Source of the DNA: Sphingosinicella sp.
Lineage (GTDB): Bacteria > Pseudomonadota > Alphaproteobacteria > Sphingomonadales > Sphingomonadaceae
Reading direction: 5' to 3' (one strand)
DNA length: 48,814 bases
NCBI GenBank assembly: GCA_052387495.1
Contig: JBQTJC010000094.1
A program made the translations under genes and the position numbers. The notes under the pieces are model-generated. The model had not been told where the DNA came from and did no database searches. It worked only from the letters and a program-made list of their open reading frames with translations. Shown here piece by piece: positions 37,365-47,630 of the stretch (position 1 is its first letter; each line of letters starts with the position of its first letter).

Positions 37365-38344
37365 AACCCCTGATAGCGGCCCCAGCCGAGAAAGAGATCT
37401 GGCCAGTTCTCGACCGACTTGCCCCGCGCCAGCCTCAGGCCGAAGCCGTGGCCACCGTCGGGGAAGACATGCGTCTCGGTCGCGACGCCGCGCGCGCGCA
37501 GCGCTTCGCGCAGCATCAGGCTGTTTTCGATCGGAACCGAATTATCGTCCTCGGCATGAAGCAGGAAGGTGGGCGGCGCATCTGCGGGCACATTGAGGTG
37601 CGGCGAGTGGGCGCGCTCGAGCACCGCGGTGGCGTTTTCCCCGACCAGATTGCGGCGCGAGCCGGCATGGGCGTGCGGCGCGCTCATGGTGACGACGGGA
37701 TAGATGGGCGCGGCCGCGTCGGGACGCGCGGAGAGGCAGTCGGCGGCGTCGATGGGGTCGTAGGCCGGCGCGGCGAAGCGAGTCATCAGGTCGGCGCAGA
37801 CATGGCCGCCGGCCGAAAAGCCGATCGCGCAGACGCGCGCCGGATCGAGCCCGTCCTGCCGCCGGATCAGCCGCATCGCCCGCTGCGCATCGGAAAGCGC
37901 GACGTTCGGCCCCGCCGCCCAGCCCTGGTGCGGCAGCCGGTAGAAGAGCACGAAGGCGGTGATCCCGCGCGCGGCGAGCAGGCGGGCGAGCTCGTAGCCC
38001 TCCTTGTCGACCACCACCCAGGCATAGCCGCCGCCGGGGATGATCAAAGCCGCCGCGCCGTTCGGCCGCTCCGGGCGGAACACCGCCATGCGCGGGCGGG
38101 CGACGTTGGTCAGGATGCGGTCGTTGAACGCTGCGTCGGTGCTGCGCTCGCGGAGCGCCTCGGCGGGCAGCGGCGAGGGCGCGCCGGGCGCGCCGTTCGG
38201 CCATAGGTCGATGAACTCGGTCGGATCGGCATGGACGAGCGGGCGCGCGTCCTGGGCGGGGGGCAAAGACGTCTGCGCGGCCGCCCGGGCGGCGAGGCCG
38301 GCGGCGAGCCCGCCGAGCAGGATCGTGCGCCGGCCGATGCTCAT
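37355..38344 (-). CDS. Tat-exported alpha/beta hydrolase (carbohydrate esterase-like)
   Basis: GRRTIL signal; PGGGY, GFSAGG nucleophile, DDNSV, GGHGFG. Confidence 0.85.
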   Translation of the reverse strand: MSIGRRTILLGGLAAGLAARAAAQTSLPPAQDARPLVHADPTEFIDLWPNGAPGAPSPLPAEALRERSTDAAFNDRILTNVARPRMAVFRPERPNGAAALIIPGGGYAWVVVDKEGYELARLLAARGITAFVLFYRLPHQGWAAGPNVALSDAQRAMRLIRRQDGLDPARVCAIGFSAGGHVCADLMTRFAAPAYDPIDAADCLSARPDAAAPIYPVVTMSAPHAHAGSRRNLVGENATAVLERAHSPHLNVPADAPPTFLLHAEDDNSVPIENSLMLREALRARGVATETHVFPDGGHGFGLRLARGKSVENWPDLFLGWGRYQGLWT

Positions 38345-39987
38345 GCCATGGCCGTGTAGCGGAAGTCGCGGAAGCGCGCCTCGCCCCGGCCGGCGGCGTA
38401 GAGTGCGGGCCTGAGGCTCAGGAAATCGTAGGCGACATTGTGGTGATAGCCGGAGACTTCCATCTGGACGTCGAACTTCCGCCAGCTCGCGCCGCCGTCG
38501 GCGCTGGTGTGGATGGTGAGGATGTTGCGTTCGTTGGTGAGGCGGATGCGCAGCGCGCGCACCGGCCCGGCCGCGCCCGCCTCGCGCTGCCCCGGAATTG
38601 CGCCGCGCGCGCGCTGGAGGCCGTAGCGGTGCATGACCAGGCCGTTGTCGCCGAAGCCGAGCCCCGCATAGAGCCGGCGGTTGTAGAAGAGCAAAAGCCC
38701 CGCCTCGGCGCCCGGATCGACCTCGACCGCCGCCTCGATCCGGTAGCTCTGGTCGCCGCAGATGCAGGTGATCGGCGCGCAATCGCCGGGCGTCGTCCCC
38801 TTGGCCCTCAGGTGCAGCGTCGACCCGGCATGGCGGACGCGCGCCATCTCGTCTGGCGCCGGGTCGTAGAAGGCCCATTGAATGCCGAAGCGGTTCTCTG
38901 AAAAATCGTCGCTGAGCTGCATGCCGTGGCGCTGATCCGGCAGGTTCAGCGGCTTGGCGAGCGGTCGCGAGAGGTCGCCGCCCAGCGGCCGCACCCAGCC
39001 GTCGACGGTCCATTCGATCGGCTCGAGCAGGGCCTGGCGGCCCAGCGTCCAATAGCCGTTCTCATAGCCGTGATAGATCATCCACCAGCGGCCGCCCGGC
39101 CCCTCGAAGATCGTCGCGTGGCCGCGCGACCACCATTTCTCCCGCTCCGACCGGGTGCGAATGACCGGGTTGCGCGGATAATTCTGCCACGGCCCGTGGA
39201 TCGAGCGCGACCGCGCCATTATCACCATATGCCCGGTCGGCGGGCCCGCCGTGCCGCCGACCGCGGTCACCATGTAGAACCAGTCGCCGCGGCGCAGAAT
39301 CTTCGGCCCTTCCGGCGCGAAGGTCTCCACGACCCAATCCTCCGGATAGCGCCAGGGATCGTAGACATGCTCGACCGGCCCCGCCTTGGCGAGCCCGTCG
39401 CGGCTGAGCTTCACCCGGTCGCCGCCGGAGAGGAAGAGATAGCGCTCGTCGTCCTCGCCGACGGCATGGCCGGGATCGATATGGTTGGGCAGACCAAGGT
39501 CGATCGGCTCCGACCAGGGTCCTTCGATCCGCTCGGCATGGATGACGTAGATCGAGCGCCGGTCGGGAAAGCGCGCCGGGATGTAGAGGAAGAAGCGGCC
39601 CTCATGCTTGACCAGCTCGGGCGCCCAGACCGAGCCGATTGGCGTTCGGAGCGCCGCCGTCACCGGCCGCCAGTTCACCAGATCACGGCTGCGCCAGATG
39701 GTAAGGCCCGGATAGGCATCGAAGCTGGAGAAGGTGAGATAATAATCCTCGCCGTCGCGCAGGATGGTGGGATCGGGCCGGTCACCGGCGAAGACCGGAT
39801 TGAGAAAAGTGCCGTCGCCGAGGTCGGCACAGCGCTGCCCCTCATAGGTGCGGCCCCAGCGCATCCCGGCATAGGGATCGAGCGACGATGAGGCCCGGGA
39901 GCCCTGGGCCAGCGCGCGCACGGGCCAGGGCAGCAGCGCCGCCGCGCCGGTCGCGGCGATCGCTTTCAGGCTGGTGCGTCGGTCCAT
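38341..39987 (-). CDS. Tat-exported GH43 glycoside hydrolase
   Basis: DRRTSLK signal; NPVFAGDRPDP, WAP, IDP, PEGP, GHA, LGRQ; C-terminal beta-sandwich. Confidence 0.92.
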   Translation of the reverse strand: MDRRTSLKAIAATGAAALLPWPVRALAQGSRASSSLDPYAGMRWGRTYEGQRCADLGDGTFLNPVFAGDRPDPTILRDGEDYYLTFSSFDAYPGLTIWRSRDLVNWRPVTAALRTPIGSVWAPELVKHEGRFFLYIPARFPDRRSIYVIHAERIEGPWSEPIDLGLPNHIDPGHAVGEDDERYLFLSGGDRVKLSRDGLAKAGPVEHVYDPWRYPEDWVVETFAPEGPKILRRGDWFYMVTAVGGTAGPPTGHMVIMARSRSIHGPWQNYPRNPVIRTRSEREKWWSRGHATIFEGPGGRWWMIYHGYENGYWTLGRQALLEPIEWTVDGWVRPLGGDLSRPLAKPLNLPDQRHGMQLSDDFSENRFGIQWAFYDPAPDEMARVRHAGSTLHLRAKGTTPGDCAPITCICGDQSYRIEAAVEVDPGAEAGLLLFYNRRLYAGLGFGDNGLVMHRYGLQRARGAIPGQREAGAAGPVRALRIRLTNERNILTIHTSADGGASWRKFDVQMEVSGYHHNVAYDFLSLRPALYAAGRGEARFRDFRYTAMA

Positions 39988-39999
39988 CTCACGCCTTCG

Positions 40000-40038
40000 A
40001 AAAAGAAAGGCCGGGAACCTGATGCCAGGCGCCCGGCC
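40000..40038 (-). terminator. Intrinsic terminator after the TonB receptor gene
   Basis: GGCCGGG...CCCGGCC stem followed by TTTCTTTTT on minus strand. Confidence 0.75.
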
Positions 40039-40061
40039 CCAGGCCAGCCCCCTTCGGGGGT

Positions 40062-42917
40062 CTAGAGCCGGTAGCGGATGCCGAACAGGATCGTCCGGCC
40101 GAAATGGTTGTTCTCGTAATTGCGGTTGGCGTCGATATCGACGAACCGGTCGCGATAGTCGTCGGTGAGGTTGATCCCCTCCAGCGAGACCTCGAAATTG
40201 TCGGTGATCTCATAGCGGACCGCGGCATCGACATTGAGCGACGAATTATAGCCCTCGAAGACGTTGCCCGTGCCGCTGGCCGCATCGACAAAGCGGCTGC
40301 GATAGCTCGCCGAGACGCGCGCGGAGAAGCGGCCGTCGTCATAATAAAGCGTGCCGTTATAGGCGCGCCGCGAGAGGCCGAACAGAGTCGAGGTTAGAGA
40401 CGTTGACGGTGCGAGCGCCCCGCCCGGCGTGGTCGCCGGGCCACGAATATTGTATTCGGCATCGGAATCGACCAGAGTGACGTTGACGAGGCCGCCGAAA
40501 TTCGAAAGCCACCCGGGCAGGAAGCGGAAGGGCGCCTGCAGCGCGATCTCGATACCGTTCAGCGTCGCCCCTTCGCCGTTGACCGTCGTATTCAGGGTCC
40601 AGATGTTTTGCGCGCGCAGGTCGGGATTCAGCGCCGCGGGCGAAGAGGGCACCAGCACCGACACCGGCAGGCCGGTGGCATTGAAGCTGGTGGTCAGGGA
40701 TTGTGAGACCGGGAAGCTCGAAATCTCCTTGCGGAACAATGCGACCGAAAAGACCGATTCCGGCGCGAAATACCATTCAACGCCGAGGTCGTAGGCCCAA
40801 GCGCGGAAGGGGTTGAGAAAGGGATTGCCATTGGTGATTCTAAAATTGAAGCCGTCGGCGCTGCCACCCGGGGTCAGGTTGCCGAGTGTCGGCCGGGTCA
40901 TCACCCGCGCGACCGCGGCGCGAATGATGAGGTCCCGGCGGGCATAGATGGCGAGGTTCACCGCCGGCAGCCAGTCGTCATAGTTGCGTGAGATGGTGGC
41001 CGGCGTGCCGCTGACGAGCCCGGTCGAGCTCTGGTCGGTGCGCACGTAGCGAAGGCCGGCATTGGTCGCGACTTCGATGCCCCCTACGTCGAAGCGGGCA
41101 TCGAGCTGCAGATAGCCGCCATGCACCGACTCGGTCACTGCGCGGGTGTTGCCCGCATCGACCCTGGCCTCGCGGCTATAGAGTTGAGTAAAGGCGGTAG
41201 AGGCGTCGAGATTGGGGATCAGCCAACTATTGCTGTTGCCCTGTGGTTGGCCTGCCGGACCCAATTCGAACAATTCGCCCAGATTGCCCGCCGGGAAGCC
41301 GTAGACGGCAGCCGGGCCGAACACAGACGAGGGCGAGCAGGTCAGCGTACCGAGCACGCGATCAAGCCCGCCATTGCCGCAGACGGCCGTGTCGCGCGTG
41401 AATGCCTCGATGTCGAAGCGGAAGCGGCGATAGAGCGCGCCCGCCCTCAAGGTCACGCGATCGACGATATCCCACTCGCCGTTGAGCTGGACGGTGTGGA
41501 AGCGGTTGTTCACGTTCGAGGGCCGGTCGCGAATCTCGGCGAGCTGGAAGTTCGCCGGGTTGGTCGGATCCGTGCCGAAGGTGAGCCGCGGGAAGCGGCT
41601 GTTCGTATAGTCGAACTGATAATTTTGCGCGTCGCGGTCGTCGAAGACGATCGTGGTCTCGACCGGAATGTCGGCATCCGATTCCGACATGCCCGCAAGG
41701 AGGTTGAGGCGGACGTCGTCGCCGACTTCCTGTTCGATACGCGCGCCGACCTGCCAGAAGGTCGTGATCGAGCGCCGCAGATAATGTTCGTTGCGCACCC
41801 AGGCGTCGTTCAGGGTCGCGCTCGTCATCGTGTTGGTGCCGTCGACCGTGAAATTGACGATGTCGATCGAGCGCTCGTTGCTGCGCAGCAGGACTTCGCC
41901 CCATTTCTCCTCGCGGACCTCGCGGAAGCGCGAATAGAGACCATCGATCGAGATGCGCGTGCCCTCGGCCGGCTCGACCTGGAAGCTGGCGGTGATGCCC
42001 AGCCGCTCGCGGTCGTGCCGCACCTCGCCGTAGCGCGGAATGCGCGGATGGAAAGCGAGCGCGGCCTGGTCGCAGGGGGCGCTGGGGATGTAGGTGCCGC
42101 CGCTATTCTGAGTGGTGAAGCAGGTCGTGCCGTTCACCGAGTCGAAGCGCGCCTGCGCCCAGCGCACGGTGTTGTTGCCGAGCTCGAGTGTGTCGGTGGT
42201 GGAATAAGCGGCCGAGATCATGAAGCCGACGGTCCCCTCGGCATTGCGCCAGGAGAGCAGGCCGGAAACGCGCGGGCCGACATTATCGCTGAGGTCGTTA
42301 TACGAACCCTGCACATTCAGGGCGAGGTTGAGGCCGGCGCGGCCGCCGAGCGGATTGCCCGTGTTGAGATCGACGACGGCGCCGAGCGAGCCCTCGTCGA
42401 TCGAAGCTTCCGCGGTCTTGCGCACGATGATCGAGGTGAACAGCTCGGAGGCGAAGACGTTGAAATCGAAAGCGCGGTCGCGATTGGCAGAGGCACCGTC
42501 GCTGGAGGTCGCGACGGTCTCCATGCCGTTGAGACGAACGCGGGTGAACTGGGCGCCGAGGCCGCGCACCGTGATCGCGCGGCCTTCGCCGCCGTCGCGC
42601 TGGATCGAGATGCCGGGAATGCGCTGCAGCGATTCGGCGAGGTTCTGATCCGGGAACTGGGCGATATCCTCGGCGACGATCGCATCGACCGAAGCCACCG
42701 AGTCGCGCTTCACATTGAGCGCGGCGTTGAGCGAGGCGCGAAAGCCGGTGACGACGATCGCCTGCTCGTCCTCCTCCGTCTGGGCGCCGTCGGCCGGGGC
42801 CGGCGGATCCTGCGCGAGGGCCGCCTGGGGCGCCGCCGCGACGGCGACGAGGGACGCGGCGCCGAGCATCCGGATCAACAGCTGCCTGCGCGAAGACTTG
42901 TCCACGGTCGAGATCAT
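40062..42917 (-). CDS. TonB-dependent receptor
   Basis: Signal peptide; TonB box IVVTGFR; plug FPDQNLAESLQRIPG, VRGLG; C-terminal GRTILFGIRYRL; AGGGAGG RBS. Confidence 0.95.
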   Translation of the reverse strand: MISTVDKSSRRQLLIRMLGAASLVAVAAAPQAALAQDPPAPADGAQTEEDEQAIVVTGFRASLNAALNVKRDSVASVDAIVAEDIAQFPDQNLAESLQRIPGISIQRDGGEGRAITVRGLGAQFTRVRLNGMETVATSSDGASANRDRAFDFNVFASELFTSIIVRKTAEASIDEGSLGAVVDLNTGNPLGGRAGLNLALNVQGSYNDLSDNVGPRVSGLLSWRNAEGTVGFMISAAYSTTDTLELGNNTVRWAQARFDSVNGTTCFTTQNSGGTYIPSAPCDQAALAFHPRIPRYGEVRHDRERLGITASFQVEPAEGTRISIDGLYSRFREVREEKWGEVLLRSNERSIDIVNFTVDGTNTMTSATLNDAWVRNEHYLRRSITTFWQVGARIEQEVGDDVRLNLLAGMSESDADIPVETTIVFDDRDAQNYQFDYTNSRFPRLTFGTDPTNPANFQLAEIRDRPSNVNNRFHTVQLNGEWDIVDRVTLRAGALYRRFRFDIEAFTRDTAVCGNGGLDRVLGTLTCSPSSVFGPAAVYGFPAGNLGELFELGPAGQPQGNSNSWLIPNLDASTAFTQLYSREARVDAGNTRAVTESVHGGYLQLDARFDVGGIEVATNAGLRYVRTDQSSTGLVSGTPATISRNYDDWLPAVNLAIYARRDLIIRAAVARVMTRPTLGNLTPGGSADGFNFRITNGNPFLNPFRAWAYDLGVEWYFAPESVFSVALFRKEISSFPVSQSLTTSFNATGLPVSVLVPSSPAALNPDLRAQNIWTLNTTVNGEGATLNGIEIALQAPFRFLPGWLSNFGGLVNVTLVDSDAEYNIRGPATTPGGALAPSTSLTSTLFGLSRRAYNGTLYYDDGRFSARVSASYRSRFVDAASGTGNVFEGYNSSLNVDAAVRYEITDNFEVSLEGINLTDDYRDRFVDIDANRNYENNHFGRTILFGIRYRL

Positions 42918-42963
42918 TGCCGCACCCTCCCTGTCGGCCGCGCGGAGCGCAACCATTCGCTTA

Positions 42964-42977
42964 TGACACCGGTGTCT
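42964..42977. promoter_or_regulatory. LacI-type operator copy 1 (TGACACCGGTGTCT)
   Basis: Palindrome with central CG; four related copies in this locus. Confidence 0.85.
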
Positions 42978-43109
42978 AAACCGGCCAAAAAAGCGCGCGT
43001 GCAATCTGGCACGTCATGGCGAAGGGCGTGATGAGGCCACACCGGCCGCTTTCTCCCCTCTCCAAAGTGCCGCGTTTGCCGCGGTCGCCTTCTTCCGGTC
43101 ATCGACTTA

Positions 43110-43123
43110 AGTAACCGGTGTCA
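43110..43123. promoter_or_regulatory. LacI-type operator copy 2 (AGTAACCGGTGTCA)
   Basis: Directly downstream of candidate promoter with minus-strand TTGACA at 43150-43155. Confidence 0.8.
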
Positions 43124-43234
43124 TAAGATTGACCCGATCCGCTGCGGCTTGTCAAGGCCGCGTATTTGCGGGCCCGTTCCGACAAAGAGACAGCTCCGAT
43201 TTCCCTCGGCCCCGTGGCCTGCCGACACGCCGGT

Positions 43235-44782
43235 TCATGTGCCCGGCTGGATGTAGGGGAAACGGGCGAAGAGCTCGCGCTGCCAGCGGCGCGGATCGGC
43301 CTCGACGCGTGGCTCGGAATCGAAGATCATCGTCCGGCGCTCGGGCAAGGCATAAGCCGGCCAGCCGGGATCGCCCGTGCGGGCGAAGGCGAGGAAGGCG
43401 CGCTGCATCGCTTCGCTCACCGCGCGCGAGTCGGCGCCGGTCCCGGCAATCGAGCCGGGCGCGTCGAGCGTGCCGAAGACGAGCGGGATGTCGAGCGTAT
43501 GGGGCGCGGCGCGCCAGGGCTCGACCGGCGAGGCGAAGTCGAGCTGGTAGACGAAGGCCGGGGCGCCGGCGCGGTCGCGCTCCTCCGCTTCGATCACCTG
43601 GCCGCGCCAGCTCCGCGCCGCCGTGGTCGCGGCGAAGAAGACCTGTTCCGCCGTCCAGTCCGGAAAGCGCTCGCGATATTGCGCCACGACCCATTCGGGA
43701 TGGGCGTCGAGGCGCAGCTCGGGCGCGATCCGCCCGGCGATATTGTCCCAGTCCAGCCCCGCGATCCGCGGATGGTCCGGCGCGTAGAAGCCGCGCGTCT
43801 CGTCGCGCGTGTTGCCGAGCAGCATCGGGATCGCGTTCGATTGCGGGTTGGCGTCAGGCCAGAAGGGATGGCGGGTCAGCCACTTCATGTCGAGCACCGG
43901 CCCCATATAGACGCCGCCGCCGAGGATCGGATCGGGCGCGGCGAGGCCTTCGACCAGCGCCTCGGCCGGCATCGTCAGCAGCGCCCCGGCATCGGCCACG
44001 CCGAGCCGCTCGAGATAGGCCTGGGTCCGCCGCGTCGCATTCTGCGGACCGGAGACGGTGACCTGCTGGCCGCTCATCGTCGCGGCGCGGTGGAACAGGC
44101 CGGCCACGGCGGGCGTCCCCATCAGGGTCGCGATCTTGGCGCCGCCGCCGGACTGGCCGAAGACCATGACCTTGTCCGGATCGCCGCCGAACGCGGCGAT
44201 ATTGTCGCGGACCCATTGCAGCGCGAGTATCAGGTCGAGCTGACCGGCACTGCCGCTGTCAGCAAAGCGCGGATCGAGCCGGGCGAGATAGAGATAGCCG
44301 AAGGCGTTAAGGCGGTGGTTGACCGTGACCACCACGACGTCGCCGCGCGCCGAGAGGTGGCGCCCGTCGAGCAGGGGATCGACGGCGCTGCCCGAGGAAT
44401 AGGCGCCACCGTGGAAATAGACCATCACCGGCCGCCGCGCCCGCGCGTCCGGGCCGGGCGTCCAGACGTTGAGGAACAGGCAGTCCTCGCTCTGCGGCCT
44501 GTAGCGATCGCCCGATTGCGGGCAGGAGGGGCCGAATTCCAGCGCGTCGGCGGGGCGGGTCCATGGCGCGGGCGGCCGCGGCGCCTGGAAACGAAGCGGG
44601 CGCGTGTCCGCGCCGTAGCGCAGGCCATGGAAGACATGGAGGCCGCCCTCGACCATGCCGCGCACCGGGCCAGGCACCGTCCGCACCAGGTTGGTCCTGC
44701 CGGATGCTGCGGCAACCGAAGGCATCAACGCCGCTATGCCGAAGCCCGCGCCGGCAGTCAGGACGGAGCGGCGATCAAGCAA
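43235..44782 (-). CDS. Tat-exported type-B carboxylesterase
   Basis: DRRSVL signal; SEDCLFLNVW, HGGAY, FGQSGGG, PHTLDI; start TTG 44782 (AAGGA RBS) or GTG 44812. Confidence 0.88.
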   Translation of the reverse strand: MLDRRSVLTAGAGFGIAALMPSVAAASGRTNLVRTVPGPVRGMVEGGLHVFHGLRYGADTRPLRFQAPRPPAPWTRPADALEFGPSCPQSGDRYRPQSEDCLFLNVWTPGPDARARRPVMVYFHGGAYSSGSAVDPLLDGRHLSARGDVVVVTVNHRLNAFGYLYLARLDPRFADSGSAGQLDLILALQWVRDNIAAFGGDPDKVMVFGQSGGGAKIATLMGTPAVAGLFHRAATMSGQQVTVSGPQNATRRTQAYLERLGVADAGALLTMPAEALVEGLAAPDPILGGGVYMGPVLDMKWLTRHPFWPDANPQSNAIPMLLGNTRDETRGFYAPDHPRIAGLDWDNIAGRIAPELRLDAHPEWVVAQYRERFPDWTAEQVFFAATTAARSWRGQVIEAEERDRAGAPAFVYQLDFASPVEPWRAAPHTLDIPLVFGTLDAPGSIAGTGADSRAVSEAMQRAFLAFARTGDPGWPAYALPERRTMIFDSEPRVEADPRRWQRELFARFPYIQPGT

Positions 44783-44808
44783 ACCGGTCCTTCCGCGCCC
44801 ATCGCCCC

Positions 44809-45564
44809 TCACCGCGCCAGCCAGCCTCCGTCGACCGCGAGAATGTGGCCGTGGACGTAATCGGAGGCCGCCGAGGACAGGAACACGGCCGCGCCGCCAA
44901 GATCGGCTGGCGCGCCCCAGCGGCCGGCGGGGATGCGCTCGATGATCTGGCGGTTGCGGCTCTCGTCCGCCTGCAGCGCCGCCGTATTGTTGGTGGCGAT
45001 ATAGCCGGGCGCGATCGCGTTGACGTTGACGCCCTTCGCCGCCCATTCGTTGGCGAGCAATTTGGTGAGGCCGGCGAGGCCCGATTTGGACGCGGTGTAG
45101 CTCGCGACGCGGATGCCGCCCTGGAAGCTCAGCATCGAGGCGATGTTGACGATCTTGCCGCGCCCCTGCCCGATCATGTGGCGCCCGGCGGCTTGACAGA
45201 GGAAGAAGGCGGACTTGAGGTTGGTGTCGATCACCGCGTCCCAGTCCGCCTCGCTGAACTCGACCGCGTCCGCGCGGCGGATGATCCCGGCATTGTTGAC
45301 GAGGATGTCGAGCCCGCCGAGCTCGGCGATCGTGCGGGCGACGACCCCCTGGACCGGCGCCGCGCTCGACAGGTCCGCGTCGATCAGAGCGGCCCGGCGC
45401 CCGAGCGCCTCGACCTGCGCTGCCGTCTCCTCTGCCCGCGAGCGGCCGACCAAAGCGACATCGGCGCCCGCCTCGGCCAGCGCCAGGGCGATGCCTTGGC
45501 CGATGCCGGTATTGGCGCCGGTGACTACCGCCACCTTGCCCGAAAGGTCGAACGACACGTTCAT
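44809..45564 (-). CDS. kduD: 2-dehydro-3-deoxy-D-gluconate 5-dehydrogenase
   Basis: [39 protein letters not shown]; overlaps kduI. Confidence 0.95.
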   Translation of the reverse strand: MNVSFDLSGKVAVVTGANTGIGQGIALALAEAGADVALVGRSRAEETAAQVEALGRRAALIDADLSSAAPVQGVVARTIAELGGLDILVNNAGIIRRADAVEFSEADWDAVIDTNLKSAFFLCQAAGRHMIGQGRGKIVNIASMLSFQGGIRVASYTASKSGLAGLTKLLANEWAAKGVNVNAIAPGYIATNNTAALQADESRNRQIIERIPAGRWGAPADLGGAAVFLSSAASDYVHGHILAVDGGWLAR

Positions 45565-46406
45565 TGCAGCTGGCAGATGTCGAGGACGTTCATGTCGGTA
45601 TAATCCTGGTTCTCGCCCGCCATCGCCCAGATGAAGGCATAGGCCTTGGTGCCGCTGCCCATGTGGATCGACCAGACGGGCGAGATCACCGCCTCGTCAT
45701 TCTGGACGACGAGGTGGCGGGTCGCCTCCCCTTCCCCCATGAAGTGGAAGACGCGGTCCTTCTCCAGATCGTCCAGCTCGAAATAGAAATAGATTTCGCT
45801 GCGCCGCTCGTGGATGTGCGGCGGCATCGTGTTCCAGACGCTGCCGGGCTTGAGCACGGTGAGGCCCATGACAAGCTGCGCCGAATCGCAGACGCCGGGA
45901 ATGACGAGCTGGTAGATCGTCCGTTCGTTCGATTCCGCGAGGCTGCCGCGCTCCAGCGCATTGGCCTCGGCGATGGAGATCTTGCGCGTCTGGCAGGCTT
46001 TGTGCGCCGGGCAGGAGGCGAGGTAGAATTTGGCGCCTTCGCCGGCGAATTCCACGTTCGCCGCGCCCATCGTGACGTAGAGGCAGTCCTTGTTGCCGAG
46101 CGCGAACGACTCGCCGTCGACCGTCACCGTACCCTCGGCCCGGCCGACATTGACGATCGCCAGTTCGCGCCGTTCGAGAAGCGGGTGTCCGGCCGCCGAC
46201 GCCGGCTCGCTCTGCGCGGGCAGCTTCACAGGCGCCGCGCCGACCTGAACGCCCCCGATCACGAAGCGGTCGGCATGCGTATAGTGCAGCACGCACCCGC
46301 CCTCGCGGAACAGGCCCTGGATCAGATAGCGGTCGCGGAGCTCCTCGTTCGAGACGCATTCCATCATGTCCGGATGGGTGGCGTAATAGGTTCGTTCGAA
46401 CATCAT
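45561..46406 (-). CDS. kduI: 5-dehydro-4-deoxy-D-glucuronate isomerase
   Basis: [44 protein letters not shown]. Confidence 0.95.
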   Translation of the reverse strand: MMFERTYYATHPDMMECVSNEELRDRYLIQGLFREGGCVLHYTHADRFVIGGVQVGAAPVKLPAQSEPASAAGHPLLERRELAIVNVGRAEGTVTVDGESFALGNKDCLYVTMGAANVEFAGEGAKFYLASCPAHKACQTRKISIAEANALERGSLAESNERTIYQLVIPGVCDSAQLVMGLTVLKPGSVWNTMPPHIHERRSEIYFYFELDDLEKDRVFHFMGEGEATRHLVVQNDEAVISPVWSIHMGSGTKAYAFIWAMAGENQDYTDMNVLDICQLQ

Positions 46407-46430
46407 TCTCTCCGCTGTTGCGTCTCTTAT

Positions 46431-46444
46431 GGTAACCGGTGTCA
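46431..46444. promoter_or_regulatory. LacI-type operator copy 3 (GGTAACCGGTGTCA)
   Basis: 24 nt upstream of kduI start. Confidence 0.85.
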
Positions 46445-46462
46445 CAACAAGCCGCAAGCCGC

Positions 46463-47530
46463 TCAGGCCGGCGGGGCGGCGACCGAACCGCGGCGGACCA
46501 GGGTCGAGGGCAGCTCAGAGGGCTCCTCGGCGGGCCCTTTCCCCTCCACCACGTCGCCGACCAGCTTGCGCGCCGCGGCGCGGGCCATCGAGACGATCGG
46601 CCAGCGCACGGTGGTGAGCGGCGGCCAGATATGGGCGGCGATCGGGGTGTCGTCGAAGCCGATCACCGACAGGTCTTCGGGAACCGAGATGCCGCGCTCG
46701 CGCGCCGCGAAGACGACGCCGGCCGCCATCTCGTCGTTGCTCGCGAAGATCGCGGTCGGCCGGGGTGACAGATCGAGCAGCCGATTGGCAGCGGTCACGC
46801 CGGTCTCGAACGTATAATTGCCGCGCGCGATCAGGCTGCGGGCGAGCGTGAGGCCCGCCGATTTCAGTGCATCCTCGAAGCCCAGCCGCCGCTCGCGTGC
46901 CGACCGGAAGCCGTCCGGACCCTCAATCAGCCCGATCAGCTTGTGGCCGTGCTGGATGAGATGCTCAGTCGCCTCCCGGACCGCCTCGCGGTCGTTCGAG
47001 GCGACCATATGCGCGGCGTCGTCGAGCTCGGCCGAGCCCATCCGCACATAACGGCAGCCGACCTCGTCACAGAGTCGCGCGAGCGCGTCGTTCTCGCTGA
47101 TCGGCGGCAGCAGGACGACTCCGAACAGGCGCTGCCGCTCGAGGAAATGGCGCACGTCGTCGAGCATCATCGAGGAGGTGCGGTCGACCGGGCGGACGAC
47201 CATCTCGAAGTCAGTGCCCTGCAGCGCCTCCAATATGCCCTGCTGCACGTTGAGGACCATCTGGGCATTCGGATTGTCGTGAATCAGGCCGACCAGGAAA
47301 TTTCGGCGCAGAGCGAGCGCGCGCGCTTGCGGATTGGGAACATAGCCGAGCTCGCGGATCACCTTTTCGACCCGCTGCCTCGTCTCCTCATTTAGCAAGG
47401 GCGAGCGGTTGATGACTCGGCTCACCGTCTTCTTGGAGACGCCGGCGATGCGCGCGACGTCGTTGATCGTCGGCTTGGCGGCGCGGCCGCCGCTCGCCTC
47501 GTCCGTCTTGCGCACGCTTCGGTCTCCCAT
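46463..47530 (-). CDS. LacI family transcriptional regulator
   Basis: [49 protein letters not shown]; start uncertain. Confidence 0.95.
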   Translation of the reverse strand: MGDRSVRKTDEASGGRAAKPTINDVARIAGVSKKTVSRVINRSPLLNEETRQRVEKVIRELGYVPNPQARALALRRNFLVGLIHDNPNAQMVLNVQQGILEALQGTDFEMVVRPVDRTSSMMLDDVRHFLERQRLFGVVLLPPISENDALARLCDEVGCRYVRMGSAELDDAAHMVASNDREAVREATEHLIQHGHKLIGLIEGPDGFRSARERRLGFEDALKSAGLTLARSLIARGNYTFETGVTAANRLLDLSPRPTAIFASNDEMAAGVVFAARERGISVPEDLSVIGFDDTPIAAHIWPPLTTVRWPIVSMARAAARKLVGDVVEGKGPAEEPSELPSTLVRRGSVAAPPA

Positions 47531-47614
47531 CCACACCCGATTAGCCGGGCTTGCCCCGTCCCGCCAGCCAAAGGCGGCGGCGAGGCTTGCCCAGACCGCG
47601 CTTAGGATTTAGGA

Positions 47615-47628
47615 TGACACCGGTTTCC
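47615..47628. promoter_or_regulatory. LacI-type operator copy 4 (TGACACCGGTTTCC)
   Basis: Ends 2 nt before the uxaA ATG, in the divergent LacI/uxaA spacer. Confidence 0.85.
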
Positions 47629-47630
47629 AT